Source of the DNA: a bacterium | GTDB lineage: Bacteria > UBA8248 | Length of the DNA stretch: 64,000 nt | NCBI GenBank assembly: GCA_965221165.1 | Contig: CBDCRP010000003.1 | Coordinates: 1 to 64,000 of the forward strand | Reading direction: 5' to 3' | Part shown: positions 9,687 through 20,149 of the stretch, piece after piece | Layout of the letters: each line of letters starts with the position of its first letter | Numbering within the stretch: the stretch's first letter is position 1 | Translations under genes and position numbers: made by a program | The notes under the pieces: model-generated | Seen by the model: only the letters and a program-made list of their open reading frames with translations | Database searches by the model: none | Told to the model about the DNA's origin: nothing

Positions 9687-10478
9687 TCAGTTTCCCATTT
9701 TAAGATGCTTGTTGAAAAATTTGGTTACGCGATCGAGCGATATGGCGGCCGCCTCGGCATCCCATCGCATGATTCTACCACGTCGGTTTTTATCGACGCC
9801 TTCCTTGTCGAATCCGTGGTGTGCGCCTTCCAGGAAGATCACCCTAATTTTCGGGTAAAGCGCTCTCGGGTAAAGCGTGGCGAAACGCTCGCACTTTTCC
9901 GGGTTGGTGATTGTGTCGGCGGTTCCCATGACCACCAATATGGGAACATCCAGGAGCAAGTAGTCCCTACGGGCGCAGCCTCCGTAGATACCCGCATAGG
10001 CCGCAAAGGCGCCTTCTCCTGAGTTGAGCAACTCATCGGTATATCGGCGACGGACAAGGCGTAACGCCACTGCGCCACCAAATGACCATCCCATGATGGC
10101 GATGCGATTCCCGTCAATCTCGGGACGTTTGCGAAGCGCCCGCAACGTTTCGACCACGACGGGTAGGAAATGCTTAACTGGCGGGCGGTTGCGGCTGCTG
10201 GTGAACACGCCGGACTTGATGTCGAGGGAGTATGTTCCGATGCCCAGAGGCAGCAGGCGGGCTCGGTAGAAGCTGTGTCGTTGATCCACGCCGTCCGTTC
10301 CAGGAATCATCACCACGATAGGCACGGGGATTGTTGCGTTCGGCAGATAGAGGTTTCCATCGTACAGGTGACCGTCTGGGCCGGTGATTGGGATCGAAAT
10401 CTCCGCGCTATGGGCCGCGGGGGATATGGCCGATAATACCAGCGCAATGATTGTAAGGTTCATCATTTTTTTGAACAT
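9687..10478 (-). CDS. Exported alpha/beta hydrolase (dienelactone hydrolase-like)
   Basis: Signal peptide (...PAAHS), GWSFGG nucleophile elbow, GTAD, HHGFD; AAGGAG RBS. Confidence 0.85.
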   Translation of the reverse strand: MFKKMMNLTIIALVLSAISPAAHSAEISIPITGPDGHLYDGNLYLPNATIPVPIVVMIPGTDGVDQRHSFYRARLLPLGIGTYSLDIKSGVFTSSRNRPPVKHFLPVVVETLRALRKRPEIDGNRIAIMGWSFGGAVALRLVRRRYTDELLNSGEGAFAAYAGIYGGCARRDYLLLDVPILVVMGTADTITNPEKCERFATLYPRALYPKIRVIFLEGAHHGFDKEGVDKNRRGRIMRWDAEAAAISLDRVTKFFNKHLKMGN

Positions 10479-10732
10479 GGGATGGTTCTCCTTTTCTAGG
10501 ATGCATATGCGCCTAGTATACAGCAGTCTGTCTGCTTGGATGAAAGGCCGGAGTTTGGGGGCTGACTATTCACGAAGGGTATAAATGCGGTAGAATTGCG
10601 CATTCGCGCCGCCGCGTTGTCGCTATGATGTCATCGCAATGTCGTAGCGATGTCGTTACGGGGGACGACATATTGAACCCCACCTCTGGGAAACGTTGCT
10701 CTTATCCGCGCCGAAAAGATTGCTTTCCGGTG

Positions 10733-11554
10733 ATGAGAGCCACTTTTTCGGTTTTTCTCGTCTTATCGGCGCTCATCCTCTCATCCACTCTCGCATGGGC
10801 TGCCGAGGGCATCTGCAAGCCGGGGATCGTCCATCGCGATGGGCGCTTAATCCCCGTTTCGATGAGAGGCGGTTGGGCGAGTGTTCGGCGAACTCGCGAG
10901 GTGCGGCTCAAATTCCTGGGCCATTCGAGTTTTCTGATCAGCGCGCCGGGCGGCGGGCGGGCCGTCATGGACCCCTACGTCATCCCCATTCTTGATCCGC
11001 CGCCCGAGGCCGTCACCGTCAGCAATTTTCATGAGACCCACTCCATCACGGGACCCTACGTGGGCAAGTCGGCGATTTTCTTCGGCGTGACGAAAGAGGG
11101 AAAGCCCAATGCAATCGACGAAAAATTCGGGAACCTGAGAATCTCCTCTTTCCCCCAGGTCGACGGGGACGAGAACCATCCCTTCGTGCTCAACACCATC
11201 CACGTCTTTCAGGCGGGCGGACTTTGCGTCGCGCACTTCGGGAACGCGCGCTTCGGTCCATCGCCCGGACAAATTCGGGCGCTGGGGAAAATCCACGTGC
11301 TTCTGCTCCCGATCGACGGCTTGTTCACGGTGCCCCACGAGGTGGCGGCCAAGATCGTCAAGCGCATCGGACCCAATATCGTGATACCGATGCACTATTT
11401 TGGTCCCGAATTGACTGGAGAGTTCGAAAAGGCCCTGAGGGCCGAGGGCATCACCAGAGTTATTCGCCCGAGGGACACCGAGCTCGTCCTGACGAGAAAA
11501 AGACTGCCGCCTCCGACGACTTACGTGGTATTGCCGGATGTCAATGTTCCATAA
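10733..11554 (+). CDS. Exported MBL-fold protein with a degenerate metal site
   Basis: Signal peptide (LAWA), FLGHSSFLI, DPY and IPMHY. The HxHxDH motif reads NFHETH and HLGD reads HFGN. Confidence 0.8.
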   Translation: MRATFSVFLVLSALILSSTLAWAAEGICKPGIVHRDGRLIPVSMRGGWASVRRTREVRLKFLGHSSFLISAPGGGRAVMDPYVIPILDPPPEAVTVSNFHETHSITGPYVGKSAIFFGVTKEGKPNAIDEKFGNLRISSFPQVDGDENHPFVLNTIHVFQAGGLCVAHFGNARFGPSPGQIRALGKIHVLLLPIDGLFTVPHEVAAKIVKRIGPNIVIPMHYFGPELTGEFEKALRAEGITRVIRPRDTELVLTRKRLPPPTTYVVLPDVNVP

Positions 11555-12386
11555 ATCATCCTTGAGCCGCCGGGCGTTCATCGCTCGCGCAGCGATGGCT
11601 GCGACCGCGCTGCTCGGCTTCCCCGGAGGGGCGAAAGCGCAGTCTCCTCCTCCTGTGAGCGAGTGGCGGAAGAATCTTTTCCCGCGCTCCTCGGAGGAGG
11701 AAAAAGTTTTTCGTCCCGATTTCACGCCGGCGCAACTTCGCTATTCCGGTGGACGCTGGCAGGAATATCCCACGGCCATGGGGTCTTTCCTTGCTGAGGT
11801 GAGAAATCGCACGAGCATCGAAACCGCGCAGGATGCGCAGCCGGTGGACATCTCATCGCCCGAAATTTTCGAATATCCTTTTTTGTATATGTCGGGACGC
11901 TACGAATTCGAGATGCCCGACTCGATGGCGATAGACAATCTGAGGCGTCACCTCACCTACGGGGGGTTCTTGCTCATCGACGATGGCCTCGGGCTTGAAG
12001 AAGAGGCCTTCGGTGGCGCCGCTAAAAAACTCATGCGCCTGGTTTTTCCCAGAAATTCTTTTGAGGCGCTCCAGCGCGAGCACGCCGTTTTCAAGAGTTA
12101 TTATCTGGTTCGCTCCATCGGCGGACGCCAGGCCGTCAGCCAGGACCTGCAGGGTATTCACGTGGGCATGATCACGCCCGTCATCTTTTGCCGAAACGAC
12201 TTGGGCGGCGCCTGGGCGAGGGGTCCCGGCGGCGGATGGCTCGAAGAATGCACCCCCGGCGGTGAGACCCAGCGCCTCGCGGCCTTCCAACTGGCGGTGA
12301 ACATCGCTCTCTACGCGATGACGGGCAACTACAAGCAAGACCTCATCCACCACCCCTTCATCCAGCGCAGATTGAACCAGGGATAG
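11538..12386 (+). CDS. DUF4159 protein with Tat signal peptide
   Basis: SRRAFI twin-arginine motif; YPFLYMSG, LTYGGFLLIDD, NDLGGAW, VNIALYA. Confidence 0.85.
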   Translation: MSMFHKSSLSRRAFIARAAMAATALLGFPGGAKAQSPPPVSEWRKNLFPRSSEEEKVFRPDFTPAQLRYSGGRWQEYPTAMGSFLAEVRNRTSIETAQDAQPVDISSPEIFEYPFLYMSGRYEFEMPDSMAIDNLRRHLTYGGFLLIDDGLGLEEEAFGGAAKKLMRLVFPRNSFEALQREHAVFKSYYLVRSIGGRQAVSQDLQGIHVGMITPVIFCRNDLGGAWARGPGGGWLEECTPGGETQRLAAFQLAVNIALYAMTGNYKQDLIHHPFIQRRLNQG

Positions 12387-14732
12387 ATGATGGACTGGTC
12401 CACACTCCATTGGCCCGGCGGCGCTCCCTGGTGGTTGATTGTCCCCGTGGCGGCCGTGCTGGGCTGGGCCCTCGTTCGCAGACATCGCGACTTGACCGAA
12501 AAACTCCCGGCGGGGCGCGTCTGGCTTCTTCAGGGACTCAGGGGCCTGCTGTACGCCGCAATCGTCTTTTTCCTCGCCGGCCCCACGCTGATCGACAAGC
12601 GCGAGCGCTCCCTGCCGCCCAAGCTGCTCGTTCTCGTCGACAGTTCGGCGAGCATGAGCGTTCAGGATGTGAACAGGAAGAAATCGCGCATCGATTTAGC
12701 AAAAGATTTTCTGTTGGTTCCGAAAAAGCCCGGGAAATCGCATACCCCCGAAGGGGAGGAGCAGGGAGATGCGCCGACGAGCCTGCTCACCGGTCTCAGA
12801 AAGCTCTACGACGTGCAACTCGCCCACTACGATGCGCACAGAACCCCCATTGGAGTGGGGGAGATCGAAAACCTTCAGGCCAAAGGCGTGGGCAGTGACC
12901 CTCTCGGCGCTATCCGGAGCGCTCTGCAAAGCGCCCGGGAGGCGCGCGCTCCGGCGGGAAAGAGGGAGCAAAATAATCAAGACGGCCCCCTCGGCATTTT
13001 GATGCTCTCGGATGGAGGGGATACAACCGAGGCGATTCTGCCGCCCGGGGACGTGAAATCCTTTCCGCCCCTGATCGGGGTGGGCTTCGGGGCGCCGGAA
13101 TCTTTTCGGGACATCGCTATTCAGGACATACAGGCCCCGCGCATCGCCTTTCAGGGAAAGGAGATGAGTCTGGAGGTTTCGCTCTCGGTAAAGGGTTTTT
13201 CGGGCCGTAAGCTGCCGGTCGCCCTGACGCGCGACGGCCGCATTATCAGGACGCAGTCGATAGACGTCAGGCGCAGTCCGTTGCGCCGTCTCGTGAAATT
13301 CCGTTTTACGCCGAGTGAAGTGGGGAGCCAGGTATTGAGCGTGGTTACACCCGTTCAGCGCGGCGAAATCGTGGAGTCGAACAATCGTGTAGAGATTCCC
13401 CTGGAAGTGAGGCGGGACAAGATTCGGGTGTTGACGATTACGGGCTCTCCCACGTGGAACTATCGATTTTTGCGCATGGCGCTCAAGCGGGATCCCGCCA
13501 TCGATCTCGTGTCGTTCGTCTTTTTGAGGACATCGGAGGATGACCCGGGTGTTCCAACGCGACACCTGAGCCTCGTGCCATTCCCGGTAGACAAGCTGTT
13601 TTTAGAAGAACTCAAGAATTTCGAGATCGTGGTTTTCGATAATTTCTCCGCCCAGGAGTATTTCAGCAACTACTACCTCAAGCGTGTGGGAGAGTACGTT
13701 CGAAAAGGAGGGTCGCTGCTCGTGTTCGGCGGCAGACAATCCTTTAGCGCAGGCGGATATTACCGAAGCCCCATCGAGGATCTTCTGCCCGTGCGCTTGC
13801 AGCAGGAAAGTGATTATCAAGATAAAAGACGCCTGCTCGCTCAGCTTACGCCCACCGGCGGCAGACATCCCATCACCCAGCTCTCCTCGGACCTTGAGGA
13901 GAACAAAAAACTCTGGACCTCCTTTCCTCCCTTGAGGCGCGTCAATGCGACGACGCCGTTCGGAAAAGGGCAGATTCTCGTTTCCGCGAAAGACGGTGGG
14001 GTCCCTCTCCTCGCCACGAAGCGGATCGGCGAAGGCAGGGTGGTGACCGTTTTCTCGGACGATGTCTGGCGATGGAATTTCGGAATGGTGGCGGCGGAGA
14101 AGACGAATCGCCTCTACATCCGCCTGGTCGCGCAGATGATCCGCTGGCTCTCGGACGACCCCGGAAGCTCGCAGGTCCAGATACTTCCCGAGGCGGAGCA
14201 GACGAAGGATGGAATCTACGTCCTCAGGATGCAGGTGCGGGACGAATCCTATCAGCCTGCCCAGGCGGCGCGGGTGCAGGTGCAGCTTCGCGATCCCTAT
14301 GGCGTCACCAGCCAGTATCGCGCGGCCTATCGTCCAGATTCCCGGGAATTCGAGATTCACTTTCGCCCCCGGGGGAACGGGAGCTATCGAGCGAGGATGA
14401 CGGCCGTCCAGGATGGGCAAGTCATCGGCGAGGCGGTTCGGACGATCGGCATCGGACGCGAGGCGGGCAAGGCGGAGTGGGCCGACGTCAGCCCGCGCTG
14501 GGAGAACCTGCAAACGCTGGCGAAAAACACAGGCGGGCTGTTTTTTCGCTCCGACGCGGTGGGGAAAGAAGATTTGACCGCCCGCGTCCTGGACGCTTTG
14601 AAAGGCAAGGTGCCGCACAGGGTGATGGAAGTGCGCGACGTGCGGCTCTGGAGCATTCCCTGGATCGGGATGATTCTCATTCTGCTGCCGGGTCTGGAGT
14701 GGACCATCCGGCGGCTTTGGGGGCTGGCTTAG
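12387..14732 (+). CDS. Membrane-anchored vWA plus GATase1-like domain protein
   Basis: Two N-terminal TM helices, DSSAS MIDAS and LSDG, YVRKGGSLLVFGG, GEGRV...WRW, C-terminal TM with EWTIRR. Confidence 0.8.
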   Translation: MMDWSTLHWPGGAPWWLIVPVAAVLGWALVRRHRDLTEKLPAGRVWLLQGLRGLLYAAIVFFLAGPTLIDKRERSLPPKLLVLVDSSASMSVQDVNRKKSRIDLAKDFLLVPKKPGKSHTPEGEEQGDAPTSLLTGLRKLYDVQLAHYDAHRTPIGVGEIENLQAKGVGSDPLGAIRSALQSAREARAPAGKREQNNQDGPLGILMLSDGGDTTEAILPPGDVKSFPPLIGVGFGAPESFRDIAIQDIQAPRIAFQGKEMSLEVSLSVKGFSGRKLPVALTRDGRIIRTQSIDVRRSPLRRLVKFRFTPSEVGSQVLSVVTPVQRGEIVESNNRVEIPLEVRRDKIRVLTITGSPTWNYRFLRMALKRDPAIDLVSFVFLRTSEDDPGVPTRHLSLVPFPVDKLFLEELKNFEIVVFDNFSAQEYFSNYYLKRVGEYVRKGGSLLVFGGRQSFSAGGYYRSPIEDLLPVRLQQESDYQDKRRLLAQLTPTGGRHPITQLSSDLEENKKLWTSFPPLRRVNATTPFGKGQILVSAKDGGVPLLATKRIGEGRVVTVFSDDVWRWNFGMVAAEKTNRLYIRLVAQMIRWLSDDPGSSQVQILPEAEQTKDGIYVLRMQVRDESYQPAQAARVQVQLRDPYGVTSQYRAAYRPDSREFEIHFRPRGNGSYRARMTAVQDGQVIGEAVRTIGIGREAGKAEWADVSPRWENLQTLAKNTGGLFFRSDAVGKEDLTARVLDALKGKVPHRVMEVRDVRLWSIPWIGMILILLPGLEWTIRRLWGLA

Positions 14733-14849
14733 TCTGAGAAAGCCTGGGCACGGTTTTTTATGACGAACGTGCGGTAATTTTCGTCATGTACTACAATTTA
14801 ATTGTCATTTCATGCTCCTCGCCGTTCACTCATGGGAAGGAAACGAGAG

Positions 14850-17800
14850 ATGGCCGAGCAATCTTTCAGGAAGATAACCGGGTTTCTCGACTCCGTGATT
14901 CGCGCTCGCCTCAAGGTCCGGCGTCTCGAGGCGGGGATGGTTCTACTGCTGGGCGTTTTGGCCGTATTGCTGCTCGCTCCGGCGGCAGTCGTCTTGCAGG
15001 CTCGCTTCGGTTATTCCGCCATCACCTACGCCGGGCTGTCGATACTTCTGCTGGGCGCGACGCTCATCCGCTGCTGGTGGCTGTCCACTCGCCGTCCCTG
15101 GCGGCAGAGCATCGCCCTCGACATCGAAGATACCCACCCGGACCTGGGCAGCAACCTCATCAGTTCGCTTCAGCTTTTCCCGCGTAAAGGAGAACTCGGC
15201 GATGACGACCCCACCTCGCCCGCGCTCATCGATGCTCTGGTGAACGATACCAGCCGGGAGGTGGAATCCCTCAAGCCGGAGGCCTACGTCTCTCAGGCCG
15301 GGTTTCAAAGGCTCGGGCGGCTCGCCGGTATTCTGACCATCGCGGTGCTTCTTATGGCGTTCATCTGGCCGGGGCTCTATCCGCAAGCGGGTTATCTTCT
15401 CGCGAACGCGGCGGACCTCATGCCCTCGCGCATCACTCACCTGGAGATTTGGGCGGAGCGCACGACGCTCCTTCCCGGGATGCCCGCGACCCTTGAAGTC
15501 AAGACCAGAGGGCGTGAGACGAGTTCCGTGGAGTTGGAGGTGCAGCAGGGTTCCGGGTCCGTATCGACCATCGGGATGGAGAAAACGGCCCCTCACCATT
15601 TCCGCGCTCGCTGGCTGGCGCCCGGAGCCGATGCGCGCATCACTGCGCGTACGGGCAGGTTCCATTCGCGGACGATCGAGGTTCGCGTGGTCGCCCCGCC
15701 CAGGGTGGAATCCATCGAAGTGGTTCACTATCCACCCGAGTATACGAAGCTCAAACCCGGCATGGGGGGAAATGGCGGTCATATCCGGGCCTACATGGGG
15801 TCCGAGGTGCACTTGACCGTGAAGACGAACAAACCGGTTCAGGAATCGCTCATCGCACTGGCCGACGGCTGGCGATTGCCGCTCAAGCCCTCGGCGGACG
15901 GCGATTCGTTGGGTGGGAAGATGATCCTCGGCGGAGCGGGCTCTTATCAGGTTCGCTTGAAGGATGCGAACGGGTTTTCCAATCTCGCGCCCCAGCGCTA
16001 TCAGATCGATATCATCCCCGACGCCTATCCCAAAGTGATTGTCACGCACCCGGGCAAGGATCTCACGCTGGAGGCCGACGAGCACGTAGTCGTGAAATAT
16101 CGGGCGTCCGATGATTTCGGGCTCAAGAGTGTGTATCTCGAAGCCAGACTCGGGACTGGCCGCCCGAGGAGAATCAAGGTGTGGGGTGGTGAGGCTCCCC
16201 AGAACGATGTAATTGGCCGCTATGAGTTCGACCTCAGGAGCATGGGCATCCGGCGGGGGGGAGTCCTCTCTTATCGCTTCATCGCACCGGATGTGGATAC
16301 GGTGAGCGGCCCCAAGATCGGGACGAGTAAAATCTACCGGATCAAAATACGCGACAGGGAAGCCGTGATGGCCGGGCTGGAAAGGAACCTGGGCGAAATT
16401 TCGAACGAACTCCTCGACCTGCTGGGTGATTACCTGGAGAAGGATCTGCCGCCGGAAGATAGGGCCAAAGAAGCGAAGGAAACGGGGAAGCCCGCCCCCA
16501 AAGGCGGATCCATCGAGAAGAAGGCCGCCAAAATTCTGGAGCGGATTAAGCGGACGAGAGCGGTGCTCAGGCCCAAGAATCCGCGCGAGTCGCTCTCCGA
16601 CATGGATTTGTCCACTCTGGAACGCCAACTGCGGGATGCGATTTCGCAGTACTTGAAACCCCTCTCGCGATTGTCGAAATTAGGCAAGAACGCACAAGAG
16701 GAAAAGAAAAGCCTGAACCGCGAGATAGCCTCCCGCCAGGAGGAGGCGACGGAAACGCTGGAGCGCCTCGCCACGATGGGGGAGGAAATCCAGCGCAACG
16801 TCCGGGTGGACAGGGCGGGCCGCACGACGGAATCGATGCTCCAAAGACAAAGGGCCATCGAGCAGGCGCTGGAGAAAATGCGCAGAATGGGTGCGGACGA
16901 AGAGGCCCTCCGGCGGGTGGGGAAGGAGTTGCGAAAACTCAGGGAGCAGTTGGGTAAACTGATGCGGCAGATGGCTTCGCTGGCCCAGCGCATGCCCGCC
17001 GAGTTCATGAACCAGCGCAGCATACGCGAGATGCCCATGCAGGACATGATGCGCGCCTTCGAGCGGATTCGCGAGATGATGCGCCAGAAAAATTTCCAGG
17101 GCGCCCTGGAGCAGCTCAGGCGCCTGATGAGCCAGTTGCAAAGAATGCGCATGGCGCTGCGCGGCATGCAGCGCCAGCAGATGATGAGCCAGCGCGGGGG
17201 CGGGCCCATCAAGCGTCAGCAAAGCGAGTTGGCCGCCATCGTGGAGGAGCAGCAGGCCATCCTGGGCGAGACGGTGGGAGTGCTCGAGAGCGTGGTGGAT
17301 CGCCTGAAGAAGAAATGGCCAAAGGATGTTTCCCCCGTATCACGTAGCGCGCGGGCGTATTGGAAGAAAACGAGCGAGTCGACCGCCAAGCCGCTTCCGC
17401 CGGATTGTCTGCCGAAGGCGGAATCTGCAAAGAAGGCCGAACCGGTGACGCCGACGATTCCGCTATTGCTGCCGCCCGCTGTGGCGGAGGAGAAGAAACT
17501 CTCCCCTCAGGCGCGCGCCGAGAAAATTCAGCGCGAGAAAATGCGGGCGCTCTCTGAATTCGACGCGATGCTCAAGAAAGGGGAATGGGGAATCATCTTC
17601 CAGCGGTTGCCGGAATGGGCGGCGACGCTCGCGGAATCGCCCTGCGTCGCTCCCGCGCATGTAGTGAAGAAAGAAGAAGAGGCGCCGAAAGTGGCGAAGA
17701 CCCTGGAAGATTCCGGCGCCGGGTCCCTCGCGGGGGGAGTGTCGAATATAGTCGAAGAAGCGCCCTGGAAGAAGGTGGTTGGGAACCTCGATAAGATTCT

Positions 17801-18410
17801 GGATAAATCAGAAAAAGACGCAGGCGGCACGGAAATCGCGAAACTCGACGGCCTGCGCTTCAAGCAGGAGGCCTTGCGCAAGAGGTTGGACGTTTTAGAG
17901 CGGCACTTGCGTCAGATGATGCAGGTGTATCCCTTCATCAACCCGAGCATTCTGCGCAGAATCTCCGAGGCGGGAAATGCGATGGAGCAGGCCACTGCTT
18001 CTTTGGGGAAACGCCGTTCCTCCCGTGCCGTGCCTCCCGAGGAGGAGGCGATACGCAAGCTCGCGCAGGGGCAGAACTCCATGCAGCAGGCCATGCAGCA
18101 GATGGCCCAGCGGGGCAGCCTGGGATTGGGCACCCCCCGTGGATTCGGCGCTTTGGGGCCGGGCAGGGGCGGGAACAGGCCCTGGTGGTCGCGAAACCCG
18201 AATTTCCCCCAACCGCGCGGTTCGAACGAGCGGGGGAGGGAGGAGGATGGGAATCTCGGCACCCAGTTCAGTGAGGTTCTCATACCTGACCGCGAACAAT
18301 ACAAGGTGCCCGCCAAGTACAGGGAAGAGATCATGGAGGCGATGAAAGATGGCCTGCCGAGCGGGATGCGCGGCGAGATCGAGAATTATTTCGACAGGTT
18401 GACCAAATGA
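14850..18410 (+). CDS. DUF4175-like membrane protein with long coiled-coil C-terminus
   Basis: Three TM helices, an Ig-like region (PPEYT, PDAYP, ASDDFGL), Q/M/R-rich coiled coil and terminal P..YREEI...IENYFDRL. Confidence 0.75.
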   Translation: MAEQSFRKITGFLDSVIRARLKVRRLEAGMVLLLGVLAVLLLAPAAVVLQARFGYSAITYAGLSILLLGATLIRCWWLSTRRPWRQSIALDIEDTHPDLGSNLISSLQLFPRKGELGDDDPTSPALIDALVNDTSREVESLKPEAYVSQAGFQRLGRLAGILTIAVLLMAFIWPGLYPQAGYLLANAADLMPSRITHLEIWAERTTLLPGMPATLEVKTRGRETSSVELEVQQGSGSVSTIGMEKTAPHHFRARWLAPGADARITARTGRFHSRTIEVRVVAPPRVESIEVVHYPPEYTKLKPGMGGNGGHIRAYMGSEVHLTVKTNKPVQESLIALADGWRLPLKPSADGDSLGGKMILGGAGSYQVRLKDANGFSNLAPQRYQIDIIPDAYPKVIVTHPGKDLTLEADEHVVVKYRASDDFGLKSVYLEARLGTGRPRRIKVWGGEAPQNDVIGRYEFDLRSMGIRRGGVLSYRFIAPDVDTVSGPKIGTSKIYRIKIRDREAVMAGLERNLGEISNELLDLLGDYLEKDLPPEDRAKEAKETGKPAPKGGSIEKKAAKILERIKRTRAVLRPKNPRESLSDMDLSTLERQLRDAISQYLKPLSRLSKLGKNAQEEKKSLNREIASRQEEATETLERLATMGEEIQRNVRVDRAGRTTESMLQRQRAIEQALEKMRRMGADEEALRRVGKELRKLREQLGKLMRQMASLAQRMPAEFMNQRSIREMPMQDMMRAFERIREMMRQKNFQGALEQLRRLMSQLQRMRMALRGMQRQQMMSQRGGGPIKRQQSELAAIVEEQQAILGETVGVLESVVDRLKKKWPKDVSPVSRSARAYWKKTSESTAKPLPPDCLPKAESAKKAEPVTPTIPLLLPPAVAEEKKLSPQARAEKIQREKMRALSEFDAMLKKGEWGIIFQRLPEWAATLAESPCVAPAHVVKKEEEAPKVAKTLEDSGAGSLAGGVSNIVEEAPWKKVVGNLDKILDKSEKDAGGTEIAKLDGLRFKQEALRKRLDVLERHLRQMMQVYPFINPSILRRISEAGNAMEQATASLGKRRSSRAVPPEEEAIRKLAQGQNSMQQAMQQMAQRGSLGLGTPRGFGALGPGRGGNRPWWSRNPNFPQPRGSNERGREEDGNLGTQFSEVLIPDREQYKVPAKYREEIMEAMKDGLPSGMRGEIENYFDRLTK

Positions 18411-20131
18411 TGCTCAAAAAATTTCTCGCAGGCTTCGTTTGCGCTTGCTTGGGCGCGGCCTTCGCCCTGCCCGCATGGGCGCATACCGTCAATCGCGCGG
18501 TGCCGCTCTCCCAGGCCGTGGAGCGGCCCGATGGTTATCGTGCGGTGGTGGATGAGCTTCGGGCATGGAATCTCACGGCCGCGAGAAAAAAAATTGAATC
18601 GCTCGAGGCCAAGTCTCCCGGCTCGGCGGAATGGCGGGCGCTCTCGGGGGCCGTGGATTATCTGGAAGGCAGGTATTCCGAATCGCTCGCCAATCTCAAC
18701 GCGGCGCTCAAGAAACGGCCGGGAGACAGCGAATGGCTCGAACTGAGGCTCCACGTGCGCCAGACGCAAACGGCTCTGAAAGGGTTCAAGGCCCATAAGA
18801 CGGAGCATTTCGACATCTGGTACGAGCCGGGGGAAGACGCCGCTTTGCTGCCCTATCTGGGCAGTACGCTGGAGAAGGCCTACGCGCGCTACGGAGAGGA
18901 ATTGGGCGTGCGGCCCAAGGCCCGGATTCGTGTGGAGCTTTTCTCGGATTCGGTCCGCTTTCATCGTTCATCCACACTCTCGAGGCGCGATATCGAGGAG
19001 AAAGGCGCGGTCGGGGTCTGCAAATTCAACAAGGTGATGTTTTTATCCCCCGGCGCGCTCCTGCGGGGCTATCGATGGCTCGACACCGCGGCGCACGAGT
19101 ATGTCCACTACCTCATCGTCCTGGCGACGAGAAACCGCGCTCCCATATGGCTGCACGAGGGAATCGCCAAGTATCTGGAGAAAAAATGGCAGGGCAAGGC
19201 GCTGGAAAGCTATCTCCACCCGGGCGAGGAGGCCTTGCTGTACAAGGCCAGAGAGAAGAACAACTATGTTCCGTTCAAGAAAATGGAGCCGAGCCTCATC
19301 TATCTCGATACGCCGCAGGAGGTGCACCTGGCCTACGCGGAAGCGGCTTCGGCCGTGGATTTCATCCACCGCAAAATGGGTGAGCGGGCTCTCGTTCGCC
19401 TGATGGCGGGCATCCGGAACGGCTCGCCCGCGCCAGGGCCACAGAGAGCGCCGGCTTCCGGGGATGAAAAGCCCGGGGTCCGCTACCGAAGACGGGCGAG
19501 TCTCGTTGAACTCGAGGCCACCGGTCCGCCCCAAAGCGCGGAGCCGGGGCTTCAATTGGTCGCCGGAGTCGACTTGGGCGGATTCGAAAAACTCTGGATA
19601 GAAGACCTCAAAAAACTCCCACTCCGCGCGCATGCGGGTTCGCAGGTCACGTTGCCGAAGCTCAAGCCCAAAGGTCCGATGAGCGAGCGTTCGATCGATC
19701 TGGCCGCGCTCAAGAGCGCCGTGGCCAGAAGGCGCATGAGGCTGGGGGACAGACTTTCGTTCCGGGGAAGGATGCGGGCGGCGCTGATCGAATATAGCCG
19801 CGCCCTGCGCAATGAGCCGCACTCCCAGCCCCTGCTCAACCGCGCGGCCCAGGTCGAGATACATCTGGGCATGATTCCCCAGGCCGAGCGCCACATTCAA
19901 AAAGCGTTGGAGGTGGACCCGGACTACGCGATGACGCACGTGCATCATGCGCTGGCGAGCGAGATGGGTGGGAAGGCGGAGCGCGCACTCCGGGCGTGGG
20001 AGGAGGTGTTGCAGATCAATCCCTTCATTCGTGTGGCTCATGAGCGCCTGCTGGCGCATTACGAAAGAACGGGCGAGGCGGAAAAAGCGAAGCGAGAGCG
20101 TGAGGTGCTTCGCGCCATGACGTCCCGCTAA
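18407..20131 (+). CDS. Exported TPR-containing peptidase MA-like zinc metalloprotein
   Basis: Signal peptide, HEYVH plus PIWLHEGIA gluzincin motifs, TPR-like repeats at both ends. Confidence 0.85.
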   Translation: MMLKKFLAGFVCACLGAAFALPAWAHTVNRAVPLSQAVERPDGYRAVVDELRAWNLTAARKKIESLEAKSPGSAEWRALSGAVDYLEGRYSESLANLNAALKKRPGDSEWLELRLHVRQTQTALKGFKAHKTEHFDIWYEPGEDAALLPYLGSTLEKAYARYGEELGVRPKARIRVELFSDSVRFHRSSTLSRRDIEEKGAVGVCKFNKVMFLSPGALLRGYRWLDTAAHEYVHYLIVLATRNRAPIWLHEGIAKYLEKKWQGKALESYLHPGEEALLYKAREKNNYVPFKKMEPSLIYLDTPQEVHLAYAEAASAVDFIHRKMGERALVRLMAGIRNGSPAPGPQRAPASGDEKPGVRYRRRASLVELEATGPPQSAEPGLQLVAGVDLGGFEKLWIEDLKKLPLRAHAGSQVTLPKLKPKGPMSERSIDLAALKSAVARRRMRLGDRLSFRGRMRAALIEYSRALRNEPHSQPLLNRAAQVEIHLGMIPQAERHIQKALEVDPDYAMTHVHHALASEMGGKAERALRAWEEVLQINPFIRVAHERLLAHYERTGEAEKAKREREVLRAMTSR

Positions 20132-20149
20132 ATCTAGAGGCGATACGCA

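Noticed and set aside
16900-17200. Repeat-like Met/Gln/Arg-rich DNA
   Set aside because: Low-complexity coiled-coil coding sequence within the DUF4175-like gene, not a DNA repeat.
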